Assembly: GCF_000143415.4 (NCBI RefSeq)
Contig: NW_003314303.1
Location: 434,460 to 498,459 of the forward strand
Reading direction: 5' to 3'
Length of the DNA: 64,000 bases
DNA from: Selaginella moellendorffii
Lineage: Eukaryota; Plantae; Lycopodiophyta
Below the pieces are notes generated by a model, which had not been told where the DNA came from, searched no databases, and worked only from the letters and a program-made list of their open reading frames with translations. The position numbers and the translations under genes were made by a program. Positions 14,101 to 25,739 of this stretch are shown one piece after another (the first letter of the stretch is position 1; each line of letters begins with the position of its first letter).

Positions 14101-17100
14101 NNNNNNCCAGGAGCCAGAGCCTGTTGCTGAGGCCGTTCCCGGGCCAGAGGCCGTGCCTGAGGTTGCTGAGGAACCTGCCCAGGAGGTGGAACTGGCCGAG
14201 CCACTCGTAGCTCAAGTACCAACTGCCACAGTGGATGCTGTCTTACCAGCACACAAGGAAATCGAGGCCGAAGAGAGCATAGAGCCGGCCGAGGTGGCTG
14301 TGGATGACCAGGTGGAGAATGTCGAGCCCAGGGAGAGTGCTTCAGTCGCGATCCTGGAGGAGGGAGAAAAGTTGGCGGTGCCAGAGATCGACAGTGGTGC
14401 ACCGGATTCCATTGCTGCGACAGATCCCATGGTGGAGGACACACAGGGAGCATGTCCTGCCAGTGAAGACATTCACGAGCTTGTGGAAGAGGAGCAAACC
14501 AAAGTCGATGTGCCACAGCAAGTTTCCGAACGCGAGGTCGAGCTTCCCATTCCAGTAGAAGAACTCCCAGAGTCGGCGAACGAAGTCGTCCAGGAGCCAG
14601 AGCCTGTTGCTGAGGCCGTTCCCGGGCCAGAGGCCGTGCCTGAGGTTGCTGAGGAACCTGCCCAGGAGGTGGAACTGGCCGAGCCACTCGTAGCTCAAGT
14701 ACCAACTGCCACAGTGGATGCTGTCTTACCAGCACACAAGGAAATCGAGGCCGAAGAGAGCATAGAGCCGGCCGAGGTGGCTGTGGATGACCAGGTGGAG
14801 AATGTCGAGCCCAGGGAGAGTGGTTCAGTCGCGATCCTGGAGGAGGGAGAAAAGTTGGCGGTGCCAGAGATCGACAGTGGTGCACCTGATTCCATGCATG
14901 CGACAGATCCCATGGTGGAGGACACACAGGGAGCATGTCCTGCCAGTGAAGACATTCACGAGCTTGTGGAAAAGGAGCAAACCAAAGTCGATGTGCCACA
15001 GCAAGTTTCCGAACGCGAGGTCGAGCTTCCCATTCCAGTAGAAGAACTCCCAGAGTCGGCAAACGAAGCCGTCCAGGAGCCAGAGCCTGTTGCTGAGGCC
15101 GTTCCCGGGACAGAGGCCGTGCCTGAGGCTGCTGAGGAACTTGCCCAGGAGGTGGAACTGGCCGAGCCACTCGTAGCTCAAGTACCAACGGCCACAGTGG
15201 ATGCCGTCTTACCCGCACACGAGGAAATCGAGGCCGAAGAGAGCATAGAGCCGGCCGAGGGGGCTGTGGATGACCAGGTGGAGAATGTCGAGCCCAGGGA
15301 GAGTGCTTCAGTCGCGGTCCTGGAGGAGGGAGAAAAGTTGGCGGTGCCAGAGATCGAGAGTGGTGCACCGGATTCCATGCATGCAACAGATCCCATGGTG
15401 GAGGACACACAGGGAGCATGTCCTGCCAGTGAAGACATTCACGAGCTTGTGGAAGAGGAGCAAACCAAAGTCGATGTGCCACAGCAAGTTTCCGAACGCG
15501 AGGTCGAGCTTCCCATTCCAGTAGAAGAACTCCCAGAGTCGGCAAACGAAGTCGTCCAGGAGCCACAGCCTGTGGTTGAGGCCGTTCCCGGGACAGAGGC
15601 CGTGCCTGAGGCTGCTGAGGATCTTGCCCAGGAGGTGGAACTGGCCGAGCCACTCGTAGCTCAAGTACCAACTGCCACAGTGGATGCCGTCTTACCCGCA
15701 CACGAGGAAATCGAGGCCGAAGAGAGCATAGAGCCGGCCGAGGGGGCTGTGGATGACCAGGTGGAGAATGTCGAGCCCAGGGAGAGTGCTTCAGTCGCGA
15801 TCCTGGAGAAGGGAGAAAAGTTGGCGGTGCCAGAGATCGACAGTGGTGCACCGGATTCCATTTCTGCGACAGATCCCATGGTGGAGGACACACAGGGAGC
15901 ATGTCCTGCCAGTGAAGACATTCACGAGCTTGTGGAAGAGGAGCAAACCAAAGTCGATGTGCCACAGCAAGTTTCCGAACGCGAGGTCGAGCTTCCCATT
16001 CCAGTAGAAGAACTCCCAGAGTCGGCAAACGAAGCCGTCCAGGAGCCAGAGCCTGTTGCTGAGGCCGTTCCCGGGCCAGAGGCCGTGCCTGAGGTTGCTG
16101 AGGAACCTGCCCAGGAGGTGGAACTGGCCGAGCCACTCGTAGCTCAAGTACCAACTGCCACAGTGGATGCTGTCTTACCAGCACACAAGGAAATCGAGGC
16201 CGAAGAGAGCATAGAGCCGGCCGAGGTGGCTGTGGATGACCAGGTGGAGAATGTCGAGCCCAGGGAGAGTGGTTCAGTCGCGATCCTGGAGGAGGGAGAA
16301 AAGTTGGCGGTGCCAGAGATCGACAGTGGTGCACCTGATTCCATGCATGCGACAGATCCCATGGTGGAGGACACACAGGGAGCATGTCCTGCCAGTGAAG
16401 ACATTCACGAGCTTGTGGAAAAGGAGCAAACCAAAGTCGATGTGCCACAGCAAGTTTCCGAACGCGAGGTCGAGCTTCCCATTCCAGTAGAAGAACTCCC
16501 AGAGTCGGCAAACGAAGTCGTCCAGGAGCCAGAGCCTGTTGCTGAGGCCGTTCCCGGGACAGAGGCCGTGCCTGAGGCTGCTGAGGAACTTGCCCAGGAG
16601 GTGGAACTGGCCGAGCCACTCGTAGCTCAAGTACCAACCGCCACAGTGGATGCTGTCTTACCAGCACACAAGGAAATCGAGGCCGAAGAGAGCATAGAGC
16701 CGGCCGAGGTGGCTGTGGATGACCAGGTGGAGAATGTCGAGCCCAGGGAGAGTGCTTCAGTCGCGATCCTGGAGGAGGGAGAAAAGTTGGCGGTGCCAGA
16801 GATCGACAGTGGTGCACCGGATTCCATTTCTGCGACAGATCCCATGGTGGAGGACACACAGGGAGCATGTCCTGCCAGTGAAGACATTCACGAGCTTGTG
16901 GAAGAGGAGCAAACCAAAGTCGATGTGCCACAGCAAGTTTCCGAACGCGAGGTCGAGCTTCCCATTCCAGTAGAAGAACTCCCAGAGTCGGCAAACGAAG
17001 TCGTCCAGGAGCCACAGCCTGTGGCTGAGGCCGTTCCCGGGCCAGAGGCCGTGCCTGAGGCTGCTGAGGAACCTGCCCAGGAGGTGGAACTGGCCGAGCC

Positions 17101-19312
17101 ACTCGTAGCTCAAGTACCAACCGCCACAGTGGATGCTGTCTTACCAGCACACAAGGAAATCGAGGCCGAAGAGAGCATAGAGCCGGCCGAGGTGGCTGTG
17201 GATGACCAGGTGGAGAATGTCGAGCCCAGGGAGAGTGCTTCAGTCGCGATCCTGGAGGAGGGAGAAAAGTTGGCGGTGCCAGAGATCGACAGTGGTGCAC
17301 CGGATTCCATTTCTGCGACAGATCCCATGGTGGAGGACACACAGGGAGCATGTCATGCCAGTGAAGACATTCACGAGCTTGTGGAAGAGGAGCAAACCAA
17401 AGTCGATGTGCCACAGCAAGTTTCCGAACGCGAGGTCGAGCTTCCCATTCCAGTAGAAGAACTCCCAGAGTCGGCAAACGAAGTCGTCCAGGAGCCACAG
17501 CCTGTGGTTGAGGCCGTTCCCGGGACAGAGGCCGTGCCTGAGGCTGCTGAGGAACTTGCCCAGGAGGTGGAACTGGCCGAGCCACTCGTAGCTCAAGTAC
17601 CAACTGCCACAGTGGATGCCGTCTTACCCGCACACGAGGAAATCGAGGCCGAAGAGAGCATAGAGCCGGCCGAGGGGGCTGTGGATGACCAGGTGGAGAA
17701 TGTCGAGCCCAGGGAGAGTGCTTCAGTCGCGGTCCTGGAGGAGGGAGAAAAGTTGGCGGTGCCAGAGATCGAGAGTGGTGCACCGGATTCCATGCATGCA
17801 ACAGATCCCATGGTAGAGGACACACAGGGAGCATCTCCTGCCAGTGAAGACATTCACGAGCTTGTGGAAGAGGAGCAAACCAAAGTCGATGTGCCACAGC
17901 AAGTTTCCGAACGTGAGGTCGAGCTTCCCATTCCAGTAGAAGAACTCCCAGAGTCGGCGAACGAAGTCGTCCAGGAGCCACAGCCTGTGGCTGAGGCCGT
18001 TCCCGGGCCAGAGGCCGTGCCTGAGGCTGCTGTGGAACCTGCCGAGCCACTCGTAGCTCAAGTACCAACCGGCACAGTGGATGCCGTCTTGCCCGCACAT
18101 GAGGAAATCGAGGCCGAAGAGAGTATAGAGCCGGCTGAGGTGGCTGTGGATGAGCAGGTGGAGAATGTCGAGCCCAGGGAGAGTGCTTCAGTCGCGATCC
18201 TGGAGGAGGGAGAAAAGTTGGCGGTGCCAGAGTTCGAGAGTGGTGCACCGGATTCCATGCATGCGACAGAGCCCATGGTGGAGGACACACAGGGAGGATC
18301 TCCTGCCAGTGAAGACATTCACGAGCACGTGGAAGAGGAGGAAGTCAATGTCGAGAAGGGACAACAAGTTTCTGAGCGCGGGCTTGGGCTGGCATTCCGA
18401 GTAGAAGAACTCCCACAGGTGACGAACGAAGCCGTCCAGGAGCCAGAGACTGTTCTTGAGGCCGTTCCCGAGCGAGAGGCCGTGCCTGAGGCTGCTGAAG
18501 AGGCTGCCAAGGGGGTGGAACTGGCCGAGCCAGTCGCAGCTCAAGTACCAACCACCACAGTGGACGCCGTCTTACGTGCACACGATGAAATCAAGGAGGA
18601 AGAGAGCATGGAGCCGGGCGAGGTTGCTGTGAATGACCAGGTGGAGGTTGTCCAGCCCAGGGAGAGTGCTTCAGTCGCGATCGTGGAGGATGGAGAAAAG
18701 TCGGCGGTGCCAGAGATTGAGAGTGCTGCTCCAAATTCCACTCGTGCGTTAGATCCCGTGGTGGACACACAGGGAGCAGCTCCTGCCAGTGAAGACATTC
18801 CCGAGCAAGTGGAAGAGGTGGAAGCCAATGTCGAAGAGCCACAGCAAGTTGAGCTCGAGCTGCCTGTCGAGAATGTCCCATGGGAGGCTGTTCAGGAGGC
18901 TTGGGACATCCCAAAGCATGAATCTGGTATTCAGGCTTTTGAGCTGGTGGCTGCCGAAAAAGATGTTTCCTTTTCACCAGCAACGGCCAGAGGCGTTCGT
19001 GATCCGACAGTTGACCCTTCTGGAGGAGGCGGTGGTGGCGGTGGCCTAGACATGAAAGTGAAGGATGAAAATCCATCTGGGGAATTCAGTGTTGTTGCAG
19101 TGACAACAATGACATGGGCAGATGGTAAGGAGCAGGTTTTGGGAGCTGTTGCTGTTCATCACGTGAAGGTGTTGTCATCTACTCTAGATGACGATTCTTG
19201 GGAGGAAGTGGCAGCTTCCGAACAATATGAACCAAATGGTCTTGGTAGCAGTAATGGTGGGACTCACAAGTTGGATTTGAACATCATTGAGGACTATGCT
19301 GGAGGCAAATAG
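2200..19312 (+). CDS. Giant (~5,600 aa) Glu/Ala/Val/Pro-rich tandem-repeat protein; exons 2200-2334, 2388-2423, 2477-3370, 3420-19312
   Basis: ATG at 2200 gives MGKCSSK. Three GT..AG introns (2335-2387, 2424-2476, 3371-3419) join in frame to the ORFs at 2504-3466 and 3375-14210. The frame continues in ORF 14153-19312 after the 100-N gap. No stops in the coding frame of the sequenced repeat units. Confidence 0.8.
7755..7888. other. Assembly gap (134 N) that preserves repeat register and frame
   Basis: N-run; flanking units remain 483 apart. Confidence 0.99.
14007..14106. other. Assembly gap (100 N, probably of unknown true size)
   Basis: Round 100-N run; flanking units are 515 apart and the frame shifts, so the true copy number is unknown. 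Confidence 0.97.
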
Positions 19313-19379
19313 TTGTAGTGTGATTGTTTACGAACTTCATAATGGCCATAGCATTGGCTTTGCTATTGTGGAATGCATT

Positions 19380-19839
19380 TGAAGTTATCAAACTGCAAAG
19401 TCGGACAAGCCAATCCAGATGTGTACCATTCTCTGCTCACATCATCAACGGGGTGCTGGAAGGCTACGATGGTTTCCGAAGCGTTGCTGAAGTGTAGGTG
19501 TAGAACATATTTTGCCGTGAGTCTGTTCCAAAAGGGGCGCTCAAGATAGAACTCTAACAGCAATAGAAACTGCAGAATGTTTTGCACAACGAAAATGCCA
19601 AAGTTGTACTCAAAAACTGCTACAATACACTGCCAGTCGGTGGGAAAATCATAATCACTGACCATCCGCACCAGAAGGCAGCCGTCGATCAAGATCTGAG
19701 GATGCTAGTTTTCACTGGAGGGAAGCAGAAGAGTACAAGCGAGTGGAAAGAGCTGCTCACGTCGCAAGGCTTCTCAAACGTCAACTTCAAACCTCTCCCC
19801 GCAGTCAAGTTTGCAGCTGTCATCGAGGCCGTCAAGTAA
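19380..19839 (+). pseudogene. Internally deleted O-methyltransferase copy
   Basis: Short pieces match 22845-23340 and 23495-23580, plus a near-complete last exon (LKNCYNTLPVGGKIII...VIEAVK*). Confidence 0.85.
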
Positions 19840-19929
19840 GAAAAGTCTCTGAATGCAATAAATCCTTTGTCATCTTGTTGGTGCACGCTCATATGGCCAC
19901 CTACCAAGAGACCCATTCTTACTTCTCTA

Positions 19930-20560
19930 GGATGACCGGGTATTGACGGCAACCCGAACCGGATGGACGTGATTGGGAAAGGCGAGCAAGTGCGTGAGGG
20001 CCAAAAGCGGAGCTTTTGGGTTTAGGGTAAGCCGACCCCAGTCCAACTCGTCTCCTAGGGGACATTCCCGGAGCAAAGCACAAGCCCCTGCTCACAAAAG
20101 CCGTGGCAAATGGAGCGTAAGCGATACAATGACGGGGACTCTTCCAGAGAGGAGGAGGTTTTATTGGAGCCCTCAAGAAGGAGGATACCACCAAAGCAAT
20201 AGAGCTTCCTTAAAGAACATATAAAAACAAGAAAAGCCGCGGTACCTTGTTTTACCATGGCTTTGTTAACTTATTATGTGTGCCAGCGTGGGAGAAAACA
20301 CGTCCACGATCAGGTACGTGAACTTCCAGGTCCAGTCTGTCTTTGGGCATCCCAATGTAGCATTACATGGTAGTACAGGACTTAACCTACTTTAAGGCTC
20401 ACAGTGGAATAGTGGCATAATGGAGCTTTTGAGTGACACAGAAAAGAGAAAAATCTTACCTGACTGTCATGTTGACCCTGTCCAGGATCTTTGTACCTGA
20501 GAACGTTATCAGTGACAGTGAGTGACAAATGCAGGAGGAAAAAATATTTTCGAACGTAAA
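19930..20560. pseudogene. Degenerate duplicate of the small Zn-finger gene (+) and the 3' half of TIM21 (-)
   Basis: Colinear similarity to ~24030-25090 (e.g. ggcaacccgaaccgg, aaacacgtccacgatcaggtacgtgaacttccaggtcc, aaaatcttacctgactgtc) with many deletions. Confidence 0.85.
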
Positions 20561-20569
20561 AAAGAAGTC

Positions 20570-22340
20570 AGTCACAAGCAGCAACGCCCACAGACGTCTT
20601 GCCTGCACACGACGAAATCAAGGAGTAAGAGAGCAATGAGGCAGGCGAGGCGGCTGTGGACGACCAGGTGGAGCATGCTGAGGTCGTGGAGGAGGAAAAA
20701 AAGGTGGCGTAGCCAGAGGCGGCGTGCTGGATTCCATGCATGCCACGGATCCCGTGGTGGAGGAGACACTGGCAGCAGCTCCTTGAAGACATTCCAGGTT
20801 TGGCCCTTTCACCAGCAACGGCCAGAGGCGTTCGTGATCTGACAGTTGACCTTTCTGCAGGAGGCGGTGGTGGCAGTGGCCTAGACATGAAAACAAAGGA
20901 TGAAAATCCATCTGGAGAATTGCCGTGACGACAATGACATGGGCAGGCTCATGGGAAAAGCATCTTTGAATTTGCTGCGAACGACCCTGTTTTTGCAGAC
21001 TTATGGTTCGGATTTCTTAATAGCTTTGGTCACACCATCAACGGGGTGCTGGAAGGCTACGATGGTTTCCAAAGCGTTGCTCAAGTTCTTGTAGATGTTG
21101 GAGACGGCACTGGCCTGAGTGTGTCAAATATTGTGCAAGCCTTTCCACAAGTAAACTTTGATCTTCCACATACAATTGGAAGTTGTGCTGTGTTTTTGAA
21201 CACTAAGGGTTTTTGTGCTGGAAACTGAATTGTTGGGCTTGCAAAATAATTCTACTAGATTGCTCACATCTACAGCTTGTTATGAAGTTTTCATTCCTCA
21301 AGAACGATAGTGCTTAGGTGGTGCTTTAGAAAACAAAGATGGTTTGAAGTAGTTTGTAACTTTCTTTCTCATTAGGACATTTTTTTTATATACCTTGATG
21401 TAGGTTCTACTTGAAATGATTTCTTTTGAGCTACTACAGGGTGAAGGAGAGCTCAACATTGCCAGAGATGGATATCCAGGGCCAAGAACCAAAGTGGCAC
21501 TCAAAACTTTCACAGTTGGAACAACGAAAAAGCTAAGGCTGAAACTGTTACAGAGCAGGTGGGAAAATCCTAATCGTGGACCTGAAGAAAGGGAAAAGAA
21601 AACAGGGACCTAATGTCCTCTGCGTTGATGGCGGCAACTACATTGTTGACATGCTGCCTCTCTCCGCTGGCGCAGTCGGGCGATTGATGCGCTTGAGGAT
21701 CGCCATTGCTCGAGATCGTTCTCGTCGAGTTATACGAATCAGCATCTTCTTTATTTATTTGCTCTCTCCTTCGAGTTATACGAATCGGCATCTTCTTAAT
21801 TTATTCGCTCTCTCCTTCGTTCTCGTCGAGTTATATGAATCGGCATCTTCTTTATTTCTTCGCTCTCTCCTTATACATCCTCTTCTTTTTTATAGATCCT
21901 TATTCTGTCGACCCCTTCTCGTGCCCTAATTGCTAAGGTGGCAGAAAAATATTCCGCGGATTTTCAATCCACACCAGAAGTCAGTCGGCGATCAAGACCT
22001 AATGATGCTAGTTTTCACTGGAGGGAAGCAGAGGAGTGCAAGTGAGTAGCAGTTCGCATTTCAAGGTTTCTCAAATGTCAACTTCAAACCTCTCCCCACA
22101 CGAGGCATTCAAGTAAGAAAAATCTTTGCATAATGGAGAAAGTCTCATTGTCAGCATCTTATGGCTAGCCTTAGTGATGACGGTGGAAGAGACTTTTGAT
22201 GATGTTATCATGAGGCAGGGATGCCAACTTATTGAAGTTCAGAGTGACATTAAGAAAGTTAAAGGTTCACCCACCAAGAGAAATCTGTAAAAGATCATAC
22301 CAATAAGAATCCAACTGCTCTAAGATAATATCATCAGGTT
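20570..22340 (+). pseudogene. Second degenerate block: giant-gene repeat/C-terminal fragment fused to OMT exon 1 fragment (~20946-21190), with OMT exon 3 fragment (~21960-22120)
   Basis: 20805-20945 matches ~18970-19120. 20946-21185 matches ~23180-23430. 21965-22115 matches ~23710-23890. Confidence 0.8.
21716..21870. repeat. Three imperfect copies of a ~55-bp motif (tcgagttatacgaatcggcatcttct)
   Basis: Motif visible at ~21726, ~21771 and ~21826. Confidence 0.75.
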
Positions 22341-22698
22341 GAGTATGGACCCTTACAAAAGAAGAGATTGCAAAGTAAGTTTTAAAATAAAGACTTCATC
22401 AAAAGTTATTGTTGATGGTGCAATGCCACTGGTGTTAACATTAGATTAGCATACCAAATCAGCTAGAAATAGAAAAACTGTACAATACAAGTTTTTCATT
22501 TCAAAGGGTGCATAATAAGAGAAGATCAAGCTTGCAAAGTTTGACCCGCAACTGCACTTTTCTATTTAACATTTTTTAAGTCTAAAATCCAGTGGCCCAG
22601 ACATGAAAGCGAAGGATGAAAATCCATCGAGGGAGTTACTGTCAACAATGACATGGGCAGATGGTAAGGAGGAGGTTTCGGGAGCTGTTGGTGTCCAT

Positions 22699-22727
22699 CA
22701 CGTGAGGGTGTAACTCCGCCTTATAAA
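22699..22727 (+). promoter_or_regulatory. G-box (CACGTG 22699-22704) and TATA box (TATAAA 22722-22727) of the OMT gene
   Basis: Motifs lie 40-70 bp upstream of the OMT ATG at 22768. Confidence 0.6.
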
Positions 22728-22767
22728 GGTCATAATCATTAAGTTTCCTATTGTGAACAACCTTACT

Positions 22768-23890
22768 ATGGAGGCGCTAGATAGCTATCATATGATGCTC
22801 TCTCTCGCTGAATCGTTTTCTACTCCATTTGTGATCAAGGCAATCATCAAACTGGGAATACCCAATATTCTGGCGAAGTCGGACAAGCCAATCCACGTTG
22901 ATGAGATGTGTACCATTCTCCAAGCTGCAACAGGCCAGGCTCACAACTCGGAAATTGTTCGAAGGCTCATGCAATCTCTTTGCAGGAAGAACATATTTGA
23001 AGAGCAGCCCGCTGGAGTCTTTGGGCACAACTCTCTATCGCGCTGGCTCATAGACGGCACTCCAAAATCGCTCGCATCCTTCTTCCTGTTGACAACCTCA
23101 GAGGCAGGGCAAGCTGCTTGGCACCATCTGCACGAACTGGCTTTGGAAGTGACTTCGTCTTCAACTTCTGCATTTGCTAAGGCTCATGGGAAAAGCATCT
23201 TTGAATTTGCTGCGAACGACCCTGTTTTTGCAGACTTATGGTTCGGATTTCTTGATAGCTTTGGTCACATCATCATCAACGGGGTGCTGGAAGGCTACGA
23301 TGGTTTCCAAAGCGTTGCTCAAGTTCTTGTAGATGTTGGAGGGGGCACTGGCCTGAGTGTGTCAAAGATTGTGCAAGCCTTTCCACACATCAAGGGAGTG
23401 AACTTTGATCTTCCACATACAATTGCAAGTGGCACTCAAAACTTTCCAGGTTCTCTCTCTCTCTCTCTCTCTCTAATCTTTCTTTGAAATTTAGGAGTAG
23501 AACATATTGCTGGGGACATGTTTGAGTCCGTTCCAAAAGGGGATGCGATATACATGCAGGTGCGTGTAAGCTCAAGATAAAAGACCCTGAGAGCTTTAGA
23601 ATCTGCAGAAAGTTTTGCACAATTGGAACGACGAAAAGGCTAAAGCTGTACTCAAAAACTGCTACAATGCACTGCCAGTCGGTGGGAAAATCATAATCGT
23701 GGACCATATATTCGATCCACACCAGAAGGCAGTCGTCGATCAAGACCTGGGGATGCTAGTTTTCACTGGAGGGAAACAGAGGAGTGCAAGCGAGTGGAGA
23801 GAGCTGCTCGCGTCGCAAGGTTTCTCAAACGTCAACTTCAAACCTCTCCCCGCAGTCAAGTCTCAAGCTGTCATCGAGGCATTCAAGTAA
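22768..23890 (+). CDS. COMT-like (class II) SAM-dependent O-methyltransferase; exons 22768-23449, 23495-23559, 23609-23890
   Basis: Dimerisation N-domain; motifs LVDVGGGTG, NFDLPH, GVEHIAGDMFESVPKGDAI, LHNW, GGKQRS; GT-AG introns, the first containing (CT)n. Confidence 0.92.
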
Positions 23891-24017
23891 CAAAGACCTC
23901 TGCATAATGGACCAAGTCTCACCCATGAAAAAATAAATAAATAAATTCTGTAAGAGATCATACCCATCTCTAATAAGAATCCTGCTTCTCTAAGATAATA
24001 ACCATCGGATAATAGTT

Positions 24018-24463
24018 ATGACCGTCTCGGAGGGCACGGCAACCCGAACCGGGTGGACGTGTCAGGAATGCAGGCGAGTGATTGGGAAAGGCGAGCAAGT
24101 CGTGGTGCGCGAGGGCCGAAAGCTGCGGTAAAAATCACTGACAAGTTATATATCATCTCTCCAAGGTGCCGCAACTTGGCATTTGCCAGATTCACACTCC
24201 ACAAGGAGTGTTTCAAGGGAGCCGACCCTCGATCCCAGTCCAACTCGTATCTCACGGAGGGGAGATTCCCGGAGCAAAGCTTCCAAGCTCAAGCCCCTGC
24301 TCACAAAGGCCGCGGCAAATGGAGCGTGAGCGAGTACGGATACAAGGACGGGGACTCTTCCGGAGGAGCAGGAGGAGCGGCAAAGTCTTGCGGCTCCTCC
24401 AAATCCCTGGGGGGCATTGGAGCCCTCAAGGAGGAGGATACCACTACCACCACCAGGCAATAG
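24018..24463 (+). CDS. Small 127-aa protein with CxxC...HxxC (PARP-type Zn-finger-like) motif; exons 24018-24127, 24190-24463
   Basis: A 62-bp GT-AG intron joins MTVSEGTATRTGWTCQECRRVIGKGEQVVVREGRKLR to FTLHKECFKGADPRSQ in frame. Confidence 0.7.
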
Positions 24464-24580
24464 AGAGCTCCCTTAAAGAACCATTGATCATTCATCACTG
24501 TAGCTGAGATAATATAAGAACAGGAAAAGGAAAAGCAAAACTGTCCCGCGGTACCTTGCTTTACAGAAACCATGGCTTTG

Positions 24581-25675
24581 TTACAAAGCAGGGACGTATG
24601 ACTCGAGCATTATGCGCGCCGGCGTGGGAGCAAACACGTCCACGATCAGGTACGTGAACTTCCAGGTCCGGTCCAGCTTGTCTTTGAACATCTCGGTGTA
24701 GACTTTGCCAGAGCCCTGAGGACCCCGGATGAAGAACATGATCTGCAACAAACACGATTAGCCTGTTGTGTATCCCGATTTGAACCAGTAAGTAATGTAC
24801 CTCAATTCTCTCGACACCATCCTCGTCTTTCCACACTCTGTTGCTGATCCGTTGCCTCGCTGCTCTGTGGCGGCTTTCTTGCCCATAGCCAGTTACAGGC
24901 GTCCCTATGCGCAGCGTGACCTGATAGTCCACCCAAGGTTGTGTGAGAACTCGGCACACAAAAGAGAAAAAAATCTTACCTGACTGTCGTGTTGGACCCT
25001 GTCCAGGGCTTTGCCAAAGATTTTGTACCTAACAGTGACAGTGAGTGACAAGGAAGACAAGAGGGAAAAACATTTTCGAACTAAAAAAGAAAAGCTTACT
25101 CCTTGGGTTGGAAAACAAGCTCCTTGAACACTGCATAAGCAGCAGCAGCAGCCACAGCCAGCCCAGCGAGGATGATGAGACCGTAGGATGCCCCCTCCGC
25201 AACCGTGACGGGCCTCTCCGGGATTTTATCGGTGATCGAGTCGAAAGGGTCTTCTTCTTGAGTAGAAATCCCTTTATCTTGTGTCTGCTAACGAAGAACA
25301 AAAAAAAATTGGATAGCTCATGATGGTCAGTGGCGACCGCGAGATTTTTGTTTTTACCTGCTGCTGAGTTGCGTAAGATGCCACGGGCGTCAAATGCGCA
25401 GACATTCGATAGGCCGAGCGGCTAGTTGGATAAGCAAGGAGCTCCCGGGAGCTGCTGGACGGGCAAAAACTATGTAGAGAGCGTGATCCTGGATAGAAAA
25501 AACCATGACTAAGATCGAAAGAGAAGAATATGACTCACCATGGATTTCTGGAGCACTCCGGGCTCCGTTAATAGCACGCACGGTCTGGAGCTGCAAATTC
25601 CGGCGATGAGAAAGAATGGAAGATCCATTACCACCATACCTTGCGCAAGATGGGTCGAAACGACCGCCATGACAT
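24581..25675 (-). CDS. TIM21: Mitochondrial import inner membrane translocase TIM21 (multi-exon)
   Basis: Spliced reading: presequence-like [12 protein letters not shown]..., [32 protein letters not shown]...[36 protein letters not shown]...MLESYVPAL*. These match plant TIM21. Confidence 0.92.
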
Positions 25676-25739
25676 AGCGCTGCCCTTGCACCCTAGAAAG
25701 CCCTATACCGAAAGGAAAAACAAAATAACGTTACCTCTT

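Larger units (their letters stand above)
4780..18900 (+). repeat. Coding tandem array, 483-bp/161-aa unit, ~26 highly similar copies (from ~6430) plus ~4 diverged copies at the 5' edge
   Basis: Equivalent positions recur at 6452, 6935, 7418 ... 13697 and 14212 ... 17593 (step 483), then 18058 (18-bp deletion) and 18541. Confidence 0.97.

Noticed and set aside
14007-14212. Apparent split into two genes (3611 aa and 1719 aa)
   Set aside because: The frame change coincides with a 100-N placeholder gap.
6256-18290. Long antisense ORFs (488, 889, 781, 1487 aa) and many 84-118 aa ORFs across the array
   Set aside because: Shadow frames of the repeated sense CDS. A stop-free unit repeats automatically, and these frames are broken sporadically while the sense frame is not.
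6430-18900. CRISPR-like or satellite interpretation of the arrays (also 36935-37180)
   Set aside because: No unique spacers, unit lengths are multiples of 3 within open frames, and the context is eukaryotic.
21416-21715. GPNVLCVDGGNYIVD, faintly like ribose-5-phosphate isomerase or patatin motifs
   Set aside because: Too short and ambiguous, inside a rearranged pseudogene block.
22768-23890. Calling the OMT a lignin COMT or part of a biosynthetic gene cluster
   Set aside because: Substrate cannot be inferred from motifs, and the neighbours are unrelated housekeeping genes.
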